Assembly (NCBI GenBank): GCA_045863575.1
Contig: BTUC01000001.1
Coordinates: forward strand, 1 to 60,123
Source: Phycisphaerae bacterium
Lineage (GTDB): Bacteria > Planctomycetota > Phycisphaerae > UBA1845 > PWPN01
DNA: 60,123 nucleotides
Direction of reading: 5' to 3'
Part shown: positions 37,030 through 46,376 of the stretch, one piece after another
Layout: each line of letters starts with the position of its first letter
Numbering within the stretch: the first letter of the stretch is position 1
Made by a program: the position numbers and the translations under genes
The notes under the pieces: model-generated
Told to the model about the DNA's origin: nothing
Database searches by the model: none
Seen by the model: the letters and a program-made list of their open reading frames with translations, nothing else

Positions 37030-37149
37030 AATGAAGCCGACCGTATTGGAGGCCAGGTGAGCCACGGCACCTGAGACACGCTGGCTGGGCTGCTACCTCT
37101 CGGTCCTGACCCGTTGGCCATCGGCCCCATTGCATGGGACCCGGCCCCC
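37030..37149 (-). ncRNA. ffs: Signal recognition particle RNA (4.5S/SRP RNA); ends approximate
   Basis: On the minus strand, 37112-37087 reads GGGUCAGGACC-GAGA-GGUAGCAGCCC. This matches the conserved SRP domain IV (E. coli GGUCAGGUCC-GGAA-GGAAGCAGCC) including a GNRA tetraloop. The flanks can pair (GCCGA...UCGGC, UGGCC...GGCC). Its location directly upstream of dnaX-ybaB-recR matches a common bacterial arrangement. Confidence 0.65.
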
Positions 37150-37195
37150 AATGCGATCGGCTCCGCAAAACCGTTCGGGGACCTGAAGATGCTTT

Positions 37196-38380
37196 TTAAC
37201 CGCCTGCACCCTCCCCCGGACGCGTTGTCGGCGCGGCGGGCGGATCGAGCTGCGACAAGCCGTGCGCCGCTCGGCCGCTCCCCGTCCCGGCGCCCGCCGG
37301 ACGCGTTGCCGGCGTCCTGGCGCTGAGCACGTCCTGCCGAGGTGGGGGTACATTTTCCAGGGTAATCGCCCGAATAGCAATCTTCCGGCTCGGCCGGTAT
37401 CGCGCATCGGTGGGCACCGCCGCGATCTTGTTGAGCGTTTCGAAGGACGAGTCACCGACCAGGTATCCGAACGCCGTCTGCTCGCCGTCGAAGAGGGGCT
37501 GGCGACTCAGGCAGATGAAGAACTGGCAGCTCGCCGAGTCCGGGTCACTCGGCAGGCGGGCCATGCCCACTGTCCCCATCTCGAACGGAAGGGTGCTGAA
37601 TTCCGCTTTCAGGCGCTTGCCGTCCGCCCGGATCCCGTGTCCGTCCCCGCGCGGGTCTCCACCCTGGATGAATCCGCCGGCGATTACCTTGTGGAAAGAC
37701 AGATTATTATAGAACCTCTTCTCAGCTAATTCGATAAAGTTCTGCACGGCCTGCGGAGCCTGCTCATAGTAGAACCGCATGGTCATCAGTCCCAGGTCAG
37801 TGTGGATGACCGCCTGCCGCTCCGACAGAATTTGCAGCGACAGCGGCGCCGACTCCAGGGCCGCCCCATACGGACGCCACGACACCGTGTATTTGCCGGG
37901 CCGTTTCAGGGACTCGTAGAACTGCGTCAGCTCCAGCCGCAGCCCCACGCTTCCGTGCGCTGCCAGCCGCACCACCGGCACCAGGCCGTGCGGCCGTAGC
38001 GTCACGTGCGCATCAAAATCGTCGCCGTGGGCATCCTTGATGGACACGCCGGTAAACCTGACACCGCTGAACACGTGCGCGGCCGGCAGTCCCTGCTCGG
38101 CAGGAGTGGCTTCTTCCACTGCCTCCGCGCCCGGGATCTGAAGCCTCACCGGCTCCGCGCTCAGGTTGGTCAGCGTGAATTCAACCCATACCGGCTGGCC
38201 CGCCTGAATGATATCTCTTTCGGCATGCAAGGCGGCGCGGACCGGCAACGGCGGAGAATTGTCAAGCAGATCGCCCGCCTGAGCCCCGCGAACCACGGGC
38301 CATGCCAACATCACCATCAACCAGAAGCTGAATCGATTGCTCAGCGTGGGCATTCTTGACCTTTCCAACGCGCCAGCCAT
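37196..38380 (-). CDS. Exported cyclophilin-type peptidyl-prolyl cis-trans isomerase with N-terminal beta-rich domain
   Basis: The C-terminal half has FYNNLSFHKVIAGGFIQGGDP, MARLPSDPDSASCQFFICL and FDGEQTAFGYLV. The signal peptide is FWLMVMLAWPVVRGAQA. An alternative start lies at 38353. Confidence 0.85.
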   Translation of the reverse strand: MAGALERSRMPTLSNRFSFWLMVMLAWPVVRGAQAGDLLDNSPPLPVRAALHAERDIIQAGQPVWVEFTLTNLSAEPVRLQIPGAEAVEEATPAEQGLPAAHVFSGVRFTGVSIKDAHGDDFDAHVTLRPHGLVPVVRLAAHGSVGLRLELTQFYESLKRPGKYTVSWRPYGAALESAPLSLQILSERQAVIHTDLGLMTMRFYYEQAPQAVQNFIELAEKRFYNNLSFHKVIAGGFIQGGDPRGDGHGIRADGKRLKAEFSTLPFEMGTVGMARLPSDPDSASCQFFICLSRQPLFDGEQTAFGYLVGDSSFETLNKIAAVPTDARYRPSRKIAIRAITLENVPPPRQDVLSARTPATRPAGAGTGSGRAAHGLSQLDPPAAPTTRPGEGAGG

Positions 38381-38563
38381 CCTCGCACAGCATAGGTTAG
38401 CCCGTCGCTTCTCCGCAAGTTGGCTCCCGGGCGGCGAGTCCTTCCGGAGCTGGGCGGATTCTTATACACACTCGGGCCGGCCGCCGCCGCATGAGCTACC
38501 GTCCATCGGGCGACCTGCCCGCCCGCGGCGCTTGTCCAGAGGTTGCCCCGCGCCCGGAGATCA

Positions 38564-39217
38564 TCAGCGCCGGTCGGCCTGCGTCGCGGCGGCAGAGGGG
38601 CGGGTTGCAGAGGCATCCGATCGTGCCCGGGCCGGTCGGCTGGCAGCGGGAGCGTGCCGGCCGGGCTCGCCTGCGCCCGGCTGCGTGCTGGCCACCAGAA
38701 TACGATCGGTGATCTCGCCGGGCGCCGCACCCATTCGCCACTCGTCGGCTTCGCGGAAGATCCACACGACCACATCTCGTTGCGTCCGTTCGCGTCGATC
38801 GGGCTTCCGCAGTTCGACCACCGCGTGCACGTAATACTCCGGCGGCTCCTGCCGGTCGGGATAAACGCCCACGACGGCCACTTCGCGGACGCCCTGCCAC
38901 ACGCGCTCGAACTGCTCCTTGCCCGGCGACCGATAGGCGGTGCCGAACAACTCGCGGAACTTGTCGTAATCGCCCTCGGCGCAGACCTCCAAAGCATGGT
39001 GGATGAACTCGTTGAGGGTCACGTCGTCGGTCTTCAGGCGATGCGGAAAGATGACCGTCGGCGCCGCGGCATCGGGGTTCAGCACACGCAGCGAAGGCTG
39101 GTCGATGCTGCCCTCGTCAGTACCGGCGCCATCTCCTTTGCAGCCCGCCAGCAGCGCTAGAACTAATAATGGGGCACATGCCCCCGACGACCCATGAAGC
39201 TTGCCTGCAACCTTCAT
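38564..39217 (-). CDS. Hypothetical lipoprotein
   Basis: The signal peptide with lipobox is MKVAGKLHGSSGACAPLLVLALLAGC. GGGGAG lies upstream of ATG 39217. The central region has non-repetitive composition and the tail is Pro/Ala/Arg-rich. No recognisable domain was found. Confidence 0.55.
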   Translation of the reverse strand: MKVAGKLHGSSGACAPLLVLALLAGCKGDGAGTDEGSIDQPSLRVLNPDAAAPTVIFPHRLKTDDVTLNEFIHHALEVCAEGDYDKFRELFGTAYRSPGKEQFERVWQGVREVAVVGVYPDRQEPPEYYVHAVVELRKPDRRERTQRDVVVWIFREADEWRMGAAPGEITDRILVASTQPGAGEPGRHAPAASRPARARSDASATRPSAAATQADRR

Positions 39218-39554
39218 CCCTGAACACTCCCCCGGCCGAACAGTATTCCAAGCAGCACGAAAAAAAGCGGCCGGCCGGCGCCCAATCATAGTGCACCCCT
39301 CCCACAGCGCCAATCGCCGCCCGATGCGGTGACCGGCGGTCTTGGCTCCTGTCGTCGCCCTGGCCTGCATCCGTGTTAAACCGTGCGACCAAACGATTTA
39401 CCGGCATGATCAATCGACAGCAGCCATCGCCGGTCTGAGCGCGGAGCTTGGCCGGAATCTCGAACGCCGAATGCACAAAAAAGCCGCACTACCCGACGGC
39501 ACGACCGATAATGCGCCGGAGTCGCCCGGCGCAGAAAATGCGCTCCGAATTCTT

Positions 39555-39583
39555 CTTGTATGCACTGCCTGCCGCTGGTATGC
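39555..39583 (+). promoter_or_regulatory. Sigma-70-type promoter candidate upstream of the giant repeat protein
   Basis: TTGTAT, a 17-nt spacer and TATGCT. This would give a ~170-nt leader before ATG 39758. Confidence 0.3.
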
Positions 39584-39757
39584 TCTGCCGAGTCTGACTG
39601 GCCGCGGAGGCGACCACCGCCGGTCGGGACCATTTCTGCTGCGTGTCGCGGAGCGATTCCCGGCAGCACGATGATGGAAGTGAATATCGCTGGAGCTGTC
39701 CCGCGGAAGACGGCCCGCGTGATCTGTCCTCTCTTAAGCGATGCAGGAGGAACAACC

Positions 39758-42700
39758 ATGCAAAAATCCCGTTACCACCTTTTTACGTCTGTTCCTGCCT
39801 CAGTACTGTTATATAGTTTAATTGCCTCTGGACCTGCACTGGCCGCGCAGTACGTCATCTATGACCTGGGCGACCTCGGAGGCCCGCGGGCCGAGGCCCG
39901 CGACATCAACAATGCGGGCCAGATCTGCGGCTTCTCCACCATCTCTGACGGCGGCAGGGAGCATGTGTTCTCCGCTTCGCTGCTCAACGGGACGCCCCAG
40001 ATGGTCGACATCGGGCTGTTGTCCAACCGCGTCAGGGGGCGAGGTTACGGCATCGACTCCAACGGCCGGATCGTCGGAGAGATGAGCAACAGCAGCGGCG
40101 GTACGGTTGGCTTTCTGTACAACCCCGCCACCGGCACGCTCTCCGCGCCGATATCCAATGGCAACCGCCCCAACGCCATCAACGATTCCGGCGTGATCGT
40201 CGGCGGCAGCACCAGCAGCAATGTCGGATTCATTCAGAACGGCTCGACCAACATCCAGATGCCCGACGACGGCGAGGCTTACGACGTCAACAACGCCGGC
40301 CTGGTCACCGGCCACATGCAATTCGGCTCGCTGACCCACGCCGTTCTCTGGGAGGTGGCCACCGCCGCGAGCGTGCCGCCCCAGGACCTGGGCACGCTGG
40401 GAGGCCAGAATAGCTGGGGATTCGGCCTCAACGAAGCCGGCGTCATTGTCGGCCAATCGGTGACCGGAGTGGACCAGTTGAACCGCTCGCGCGCCTTCCG
40501 GTGGACCAACTCCGGCGGCATGCAGCAGCTTCCCGTTCTCTCCGCCCACACGGACAGCCAGGCGCGCGACGTCAATGAGAATGGCGTCATCGTCGGCTGG
40601 TGCTGGACCACCGTCAACGTCAACTCGGCCACCATCTGGACGGATTCGGCCACAGCGGTTGACCTCAACACGCTGATCCCCGCCGGCACCGACTGGACCC
40701 GCCTGGACCAGGCCTGGGCCATCAACGACAACGGATGGATCGTCGGCAAGGGCTACCGCACCGGAAGCAGCACGAACAGCCGCGCGTTTCTGCTGGTGCC
40801 CGATCGCGATGGCGACGGGATCTCCGACGCCACCGACAACTGCCCGGACGACGCCAACCCCAACCAGTCGGACGATGACAGCGACGGGGTGGGCGACGCC
40901 TGCGACAACTGCCTCGCCGACCCCAACCCCGGCCAGGAGGATCAGGACGGCGACGAAGTCGGCGATCTCTGCGACAACTGCCCGGCGGATGCCAACTCCG
41001 ATCAGGCGGACGTCGATGGTGATGACGTAGGTGACATCTGCGACGGATGCCCGGAAGATGCGAACAAGCTCGATCCCGGCGTGTGCGGCTGCGGCGTGGC
41101 TGATACCGATTCAGACGGCGACGGCACGCCGGATTGCATCGATGAGTGCGACGCCGATCCCGACAAGATCGAGGCCGGCGTGTGCGGCTGCGGTGTAGCC
41201 GACACCGATTCCGATGGAGACGACACCCCCGACTGCAACGACGGATGCAGCGATGACCCGGGCAAGGTCGCTCCCGGAGCCTGCGGCTGCGGCGTGGCCG
41301 ACACCGACACGGATGGCGACGGCACGCCCGACTGCAACGATGCATGCCCCAGCGACCCCGCCAAGACTGCTCCCGGTGTGTGCGGCTGCGGAACGGCTGA
41401 TACCGATGGCGACAGCGACGGCACACCGGACTGCAACGACGGATGCCCGGCAGACCCTGCCAAGACCAGCCCCGGCCTCTGCGGCTGTGGCGCGGCCGAT
41501 ACAGACACCGATAGCGACGGGTCACCCGACTGTGTGGACGAGTGCGATGACGATCCGGCGAAGATCGAGCCCGGCGTGTGCGGCTGCGGCGTGAGCGACG
41601 TGGATTCCGACAATGACGGCACGGCGGACTGCCTCGACGGATGTCCCAGCGATGCCGACAAGACCGCACCCGGCCTCTGCGGCTGCGGCATCCCGGATAC
41701 GGATTCTGACGCGGATGGCACGCCTGACTGCAACGACACCTGCCCCAATGATGCCGGCAAAATTGAACCGGGCGCCTGTGGCTGCGGCACACCAGACACG
41801 GACAGCGACGGCGACGGCACGGCCAACTGCGTCGACAACGACGATGACAACGACGGCGTAGACGACGCCGAGGACAGCGCGCCGCTCAATCCGCTGCTCT
41901 GCCGTGATCTGGACGCCGACACGTGCGATGACTGCGCGTCCGGCACTGACGATACGGCAAACGACGGGCCGGATGACGACGGGGATGGCATCTGCAACGC
42001 CGCAGATCTCTGTCCGAACGATCCGGCCAAACTCGAGCCCGGCACGTGCGGTTGCGGCGTCGCCGACACGGACGGCGATGCGGACGGCACCCCAGACTGC
42101 CAGGACAGCTGCCCCGCCGACCCCGCCAAGATTGACCCCGGCCAGTGCGGCTGCGGCAATGCGGATAGTGACAGCGACGGAGACGGCGTGGCCGACTGCA
42201 ACGATGCTTGCCCGGATGATCCCGACAAGATCGAGCCCGGCGCATGCGGGTGCGGGGTGGCCGACACGGATTCGGACGGTGACGCTACGGCCGACTGCCA
42301 GGACGGTTGCCCGAGCGATCCGGCCAAGACCAACGCCGGCGTGTGCGGCTGCGGCGTAGCGGATACCGACACGGACGGCGACACGGTGCCCGATTGCATC
42401 GACGTCTGCGACGGCGAGAACGATACCACCGATACGGATCAGGACGGCACGCCCGATTGTCAGGACGGCTGCCCGAATGATCCGGCGAAACTGGGCGCCG
42501 GCCTCTGCGGTTGCGGTACACCGGACACGGATACCGACAGTGACGGCACGCCCGACTGCAATGACGCGTGCGTGAATGACCCCGCCAAGACGCAACCAGG
42601 CCAGTGTGGCTGCGGAACCGCCGACACCGACACCGACTCGGATGGTGTGGCCGACTGCAACGACGCCTGCGCGGAGGATCCGGCCAAGTTCGAGCCGGGT

Positions 42701-44461
42701 GTCTGCGGCTGCGGCACGGCAGATACTGACTCTGACGACGACGGCACGCCCGACTGCGTGGATACCTGCCCGAATGATCCGGCCAAGATCGCGCCGGGCA
42801 TTTGCGGCTGCGGCACGCCCGATACGGACAGCGATGGCGACAGTACGGCGGACTGCTACGACGGTTGCCCGAATGATCCCGCCAAAACCGCGCCGGGCGA
42901 GTGCGGCTGCGGTGTGGCCGAGACGGACACCGACGCAGACGGCGCCCCCGACTGCATCGACATCTGCCCGCATGACGCCAATAACGATGCCGATCAGGAC
43001 GGCGTCTGCGGTGACGTGGACGGCTGCCCCAACGACGCTGCCAAGACCGAACCGGGCCAGTGCGGTTGCGGCGTCGCCGACACGGATACTGACGCGGATG
43101 GCACCGCCGACTGCAACGATGGCTGCGTAGACGACCCGGCCAAGACTGAGCCGGGGGTCTGTGGCTGCGGTGTGGCCGATACGGATACGGACGACGACGG
43201 CACGCCGGATTGCAACGATCAGTGCCCCGATGACGCCGGCAAGGTCGAGCCGGGCCTCTGCGGCTGCGGTGTGGCCGACGATGACGCCGATGCCGACGGC
43301 ACGCCGGACTGCAACGATCAGTGCCCGAACGATCCGGCCAAGACCGCGCCGGGTGCGTGCGGCTGCGGGACCAGCGATGCCGATACCGACGCGGACGGCA
43401 CGCCCGACTGCAACGATGGTTGCCCCAACGACGCGGCCAAGACCGCGCCGGGTGAGTGTGGCTGCGGCGTGGCCGATACAGACAGCGATTCCGACGGCGT
43501 CGCGAACTGCAACGATGCGTGTCCGAACGACCCGGACAATGACGCGGATGGCGACGGCATCTGCGGCGACGTGGATGGCTGTCCGACCGATCCGGACAAG
43601 GCTGAACCGGGTGAGTGCGGCTGCGGCGTGGCCGATACGGACAGCGACTCTGACGGCACCGCTGACTGCAATGACGGCTGCCCGCAGGACCCCGCCAAAT
43701 CCGCTCCGGGCGCGTGCGGTTGTGGCCAGCCGGACGACGACACCGACGGGGACACGGTCGCGGATTGCATCGACAACTGCCCGAATGAGCCCAACGCCGA
43801 TCAGGCGGACTCGGATCAGGATGGCATCGGCGATGCCTGCGATCAGCCGGGCACCATGACCCTGACGGCCGTGAAGGATGCCTTCCTCCGCAAGGCGCCC
43901 GGCGATGACCTCAACGAAGGTGCCAACCGGAGCCTCCGCGTCTCACGATCCGGTTTCAACCGGACGGTGGTGGCCTTTGACCTGAGCGGCGTCAATACCG
44001 CCGGCGTCACCAAGGCCACGCTCGTTCTGAACATCTCTGACTATCCGGTGGGCTGGCTGCTCAATTGGAATGATCGAGAGATTACCGCACATCGGCTCCT
44101 GGAGGACTGGACCGAAGGAAATGGATGGAACCTCGGCAACAACATCCGCGGAAGCGGCGCGGGCGTGACCTGGGACTGCGCCACCGACACCAACATCGCC
44201 AACCGCAACACCGACTGTCCGCACAAGTGGCACGGCGGCGAGTTTGCACCCAACACCGCTCCGGGCGTGGAGCACTGGCTGCTGATGCCGCGGGAGGTTC
44301 GCTGGGACGTGACCGCCGATGTTCAGGCCGGGGCCGGGTTCGGCTGGCTCCTGAAGAAGGAGAAAGAGAACAAGCTGGGCACGGTGGACTACTACTCGAG
44401 GGAAGGCGCCGCCGCGGCCGGCAACCCGGCTCTGGCCCCGCGCCTGGTCCTCGAGTACTGA
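39758..44461 (+). CDS. Giant secreted protein: HAF-family repeats, thrombospondin type-3-like repeats, 24 tandem Cys/Asp-rich 33-aa repeats and a C-terminal beta-rich (DNRLRE-like, tentative) domain
   Basis: AGGAGGA lies 8 nt upstream of ATG 39758. The signal peptide is MQKSRYHLFTSVPASVLLYSLIASGPALAA. HAF-type units are DLG.LGG...A..IN..G.IVG, about 8 copies. TSP3-like units are DSDGVGDACDNC. The repeat consensus is PGxCGCGxADTDxDxDGTPDCxDxCPxDPxKxx. Confidence 0.85.
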   Translation: MQKSRYHLFTSVPASVLLYSLIASGPALAAQYVIYDLGDLGGPRAEARDINNAGQICGFSTISDGGREHVFSASLLNGTPQMVDIGLLSNRVRGRGYGIDSNGRIVGEMSNSSGGTVGFLYNPATGTLSAPISNGNRPNAINDSGVIVGGSTSSNVGFIQNGSTNIQMPDDGEAYDVNNAGLVTGHMQFGSLTHAVLWEVATAASVPPQDLGTLGGQNSWGFGLNEAGVIVGQSVTGVDQLNRSRAFRWTNSGGMQQLPVLSAHTDSQARDVNENGVIVGWCWTTVNVNSATIWTDSATAVDLNTLIPAGTDWTRLDQAWAINDNGWIVGKGYRTGSSTNSRAFLLVPDRDGDGISDATDNCPDDANPNQSDDDSDGVGDACDNCLADPNPGQEDQDGDEVGDLCDNCPADANSDQADVDGDDVGDICDGCPEDANKLDPGVCGCGVADTDSDGDGTPDCIDECDADPDKIEAGVCGCGVADTDSDGDDTPDCNDGCSDDPGKVAPGACGCGVADTDTDGDGTPDCNDACPSDPAKTAPGVCGCGTADTDGDSDGTPDCNDGCPADPAKTSPGLCGCGAADTDTDSDGSPDCVDECDDDPAKIEPGVCGCGVSDVDSDNDGTADCLDGCPSDADKTAPGLCGCGIPDTDSDADGTPDCNDTCPNDAGKIEPGACGCGTPDTDSDGDGTANCVDNDDDNDGVDDAEDSAPLNPLLCRDLDADTCDDCASGTDDTANDGPDDDGDGICNAADLCPNDPAKLEPGTCGCGVADTDGDADGTPDCQDSCPADPAKIDPGQCGCGNADSDSDGDGVADCNDACPDDPDKIEPGACGCGVADTDSDGDATADCQDGCPSDPAKTNAGVCGCGVADTDTDGDTVPDCIDVCDGENDTTDTDQDGTPDCQDGCPNDPAKLGAGLCGCGTPDTDTDSDGTPDCNDACVNDPAKTQPGQCGCGTADTDTDSDGVADCNDACAEDPAKFEPGVCGCGTADTDSDDDGTPDCVDTCPNDPAKIAPGICGCGTPDTDSDGDSTADCYDGCPNDPAKTAPGECGCGVAETDTDADGAPDCIDICPHDANNDADQDGVCGDVDGCPNDAAKTEPGQCGCGVADTDTDADGTADCNDGCVDDPAKTEPGVCGCGVADTDTDDDGTPDCNDQCPDDAGKVEPGLCGCGVADDDADADGTPDCNDQCPNDPAKTAPGACGCGTSDADTDADGTPDCNDGCPNDAAKTAPGECGCGVADTDSDSDGVANCNDACPNDPDNDADGDGICGDVDGCPTDPDKAEPGECGCGVADTDSDSDGTADCNDGCPQDPAKSAPGACGCGQPDDDTDGDTVADCIDNCPNEPNADQADSDQDGIGDACDQPGTMTLTAVKDAFLRKAPGDDLNEGANRSLRVSRSGFNRTVVAFDLSGVNTAGVTKATLVLNISDYPVGWLLNWNDREITAHRLLEDWTEGNGWNLGNNIRGSGAGVTWDCATDTNIANRNTDCPHKWHGGEFAPNTAPGVEHWLLMPREVRWDVTADVQAGAGFGWLLKKEKENKLGTVDYYSREGAAAAGNPALAPRLVLEY
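41075..43851 (+). repeat. Intragenic tandem repeat array (99-nt / 33-aa unit, 24 copies by my count, with three longer variants and one ~70-aa interruption)
   Basis: The CGCG motif recurs 24 times at mostly 33-aa spacing. The DNA-level periodicity is visible as recurring gtgcggctgcggc. Confidence 0.85.
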
Positions 44462-44582
44462 GCGCCGTCTTCATCTGCAAGACCGGCATCTTGCAGACCG
44501 GCTGGAAGCGCATTGGAGAAGCCAGGCTGCCCGTGCGGCAGACAGTAACGTCGCACGGGCGGCCCTCGTCTGAACCGCGTCA

Positions 44583-44620
44583 GGCCGTCCCGCCTTCATG
44601 GCGGGGCGGCCTCTTTTCTT
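44583..44620 (+). terminator. Rho-independent terminator of the giant repeat-protein gene
   Basis: The stem pairs ggccgtcccgcc with ggcggggcggcc (12 bp, one G-U pair) around the loop ttcat, followed by tcttttctt. Confidence 0.75.
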
Positions 44621-44710
44621 ACCGCGCTTCCATAACGCACGGCACGCGGCACTCGCGAACGCACAGTGGGCTATACTGGACGCCTTGGATCCCAAGTTGT
44701 AAGGGGACTT

Positions 44711-45226
44711 TCAGGTTGGCCTGTCGCCGAGTTTCAGATACATGGCGGCATCGCACCGCGCGGACATGTGCTCCGGCCGGAACGGGCGGAAGCCGAAGGA
44801 ACGATACAAACCGATCGCCTCTTTGAGCACGCTGGCGGTTTCGAGCTGAACCCGGGTGAAACCCAGTGTCCGGGCGCGGTCCAGAGCGTGTCGAAGGATG
44901 GTCTTTCCCAGACCCTTCCCGCGCAGATCGCGTCGCAGGTACATCTTGCGCAACTCGCAGACTCCCGGACCCAAAGGGTACAGGCCATAACAGCCGACCA
45001 GCCGGTTCTGCTCGTCAATCAGCAGTTGGAAGCATCCGCCTCGGGCAGCGTAGTTGCCCTCCAGGTCGGACAAGTCCGCATCCGTAGAGGCCGGATCAGG
45101 CGCCAGTCCGTACTCGTCCAGTATGCCGAACACCAGCTCACGTACACCGTCGCCATCGGCACCACAGGCAGACCGGAATTGCATGACAGATCGCCCTACC
45201 CAGCCGCTCAAACCACCGTCAACCAT
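44711..45226 (-). CDS. GNAT-family N-acetyltransferase
   Basis: The acetyl-CoA binding motif is LRKMYLRRDLRGKGLGKTILRHALDRAR. The protein is 171 aa. Confidence 0.8.
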   Translation of the reverse strand: MVDGGLSGWVGRSVMQFRSACGADGDGVRELVFGILDEYGLAPDPASTDADLSDLEGNYAARGGCFQLLIDEQNRLVGCYGLYPLGPGVCELRKMYLRRDLRGKGLGKTILRHALDRARTLGFTRVQLETASVLKEAIGLYRSFGFRPFRPEHMSARCDAAMYLKLGDRPT

Positions 45227-45263
45227 CGGCGCATTATCTTCGGAAGCCTATCTCCAGACCAGT

Positions 45264-46376
45264 TCAGGCGGAGCGGCGCTTCCTGGCGGGAACCGCCGGA
45301 GCTGTTGAATCCGGGCACCGGGCCGCCCGGCGCAGCAGCGCCATGACCACCCGCTCCGGATCAGGGCTGCGTCCACCGCGCTTCTGCACACAGGCTTTCA
45401 CCAGAACCTCAAAAAGCGATCCGTCCTCAAAGCAGCGCAAGGCATACGGGTGGATGTAGTAGTTCCGGCAAACCGACGGTGTATTGCCCAGCCGGGCGGC
45501 GACCTCCTTGATCGCCTGAACGATCTGCTTTCTGCCGGCGGTTTTCGAGGTGCACGGCCCGGATTCCAGGAACTTCTCCACCACCAGCACCGTCCCCGCC
45601 CAGGTGCGGAAATCCTTGGCCGTGAAATCCTCGCCGGTGACGTCGCGCACATAGTCATTCACGTCCGCCGACTCGACGTCGCACGTCTGCCCGGCGTCAT
45701 CGACGTACTGAAACAGCTCCTGCCCGGGCAGATCCTGGCAGCGCTTGATGATCCTGGCCAGGCGGGCATCGGAGAATTGGACCTCGCGCCGCTTACCACT
45801 TTTGCCCTGATAACGGATCTGCACGCGTGCGCCGCTCACCTTGACATGCCGATCCCGGAGCGTGGTCAGGCCAAACGAGTTGTTCTGCGCGGCGTATTCG
45901 TCGTTGCCCACCCGGATGTGCGTTTCATCCAGCAAATGCACCACTGTCGCCAGCACTTTCTCGCGTTTGAGCCCGGGAAGGCGCATGTGCCGTGCAATGA
46001 TCCGCCGAATGGCCGGCAACGCTTTGCCAAAGGCCGCCATGCGATGGAATTTGGTTGCCGCACCGACTTCCCGCCACTTGTCATGATAGCGGTATTGTTT
46101 GCGCCCCCGGTCGTCGCGGCCGATCGCCTGAATATGGCCGTTGGCATGGGGGCAGATCCACACATCCGTCCAGGCTGGAGGAATGACCAGGCTCCGGATC
46201 CGCGCCAGCACGTCTGGGGCCTTGAGCGGACGGCCATCGGCGCCCTTGTATCCAAAACCCCGGCCCTGCCGCACCCGGCGGATGCCCGGCTGAGTATCGG
46301 TCACGTAACGCAGCCCGGCGTAACGCGCGGCCGCGGCCGGATCCTGACGGGGATCGGGTAATGTGCGGACAGCCAT
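45264..46376 (-). CDS. Type IB DNA topoisomerase (poxvirus/eukaryote-like bacterial TopIB)
   Basis: Motifs present are GLRYVTDTQPGIRR, GRKQYRYH, TTLRDRHV, QIRYQGKSGKRR, FTAKDFRTWAGT and LGNTPSVCRNYYIHP, the last containing the catalytic Tyr context. Confidence 0.8.
   Translation of the reverse strand: MAVRTLPDPRQDPAAAARYAGLRYVTDTQPGIRRVRQGRGFGYKGADGRPLKAPDVLARIRSLVIPPAWTDVWICPHANGHIQAIGRDDRGRKQYRYHDKWREVGAATKFHRMAAFGKALPAIRRIIARHMRLPGLKREKVLATVVHLLDETHIRVGNDEYAAQNNSFGLTTLRDRHVKVSGARVQIRYQGKSGKRREVQFSDARLARIIKRCQDLPGQELFQYVDDAGQTCDVESADVNDYVRDVTGEDFTAKDFRTWAGTVLVVEKFLESGPCTSKTAGRKQIVQAIKEVAARLGNTPSVCRNYYIHPYALRCFEDGSLFEVLVKACVQKRGGRSPDPERVVMALLRRAARCPDSTAPAVPARKRRSA

Noticed and set aside
36953-37168. 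N-terminal 72-aa extension of the dnaX ORF in the six-frame track.
   Set aside because: The conserved DnaX N-terminus (MAYTVLARKYR...) begins at ATG 36952. The extension has no DnaX similarity and overlaps the SRP RNA domain IV sequence.
38341-39160. Alternative ORFs 38341..38997 (-) and 38543..39160 (+) overlapping the hypothetical lipoprotein gene.
   Set aside because: Their translations are Arg/Ala/Pro-rich without signal or motif. The 38564..39217 frame has a lipobox signal peptide, an SD-like sequence and balanced composition.
39758-44461. The idea that the 24-repeat giant is the scaffoldin (cohesin carrier) for the dockerin-like tails.
   Set aside because: Its repeats are 33-aa Cys/Asp calcium-loop units, not ~140-aa cohesin beta-sandwiches. 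Nothing in the sequence supports the pairing. It is kept only as a testable speculation inside the relevant finding.
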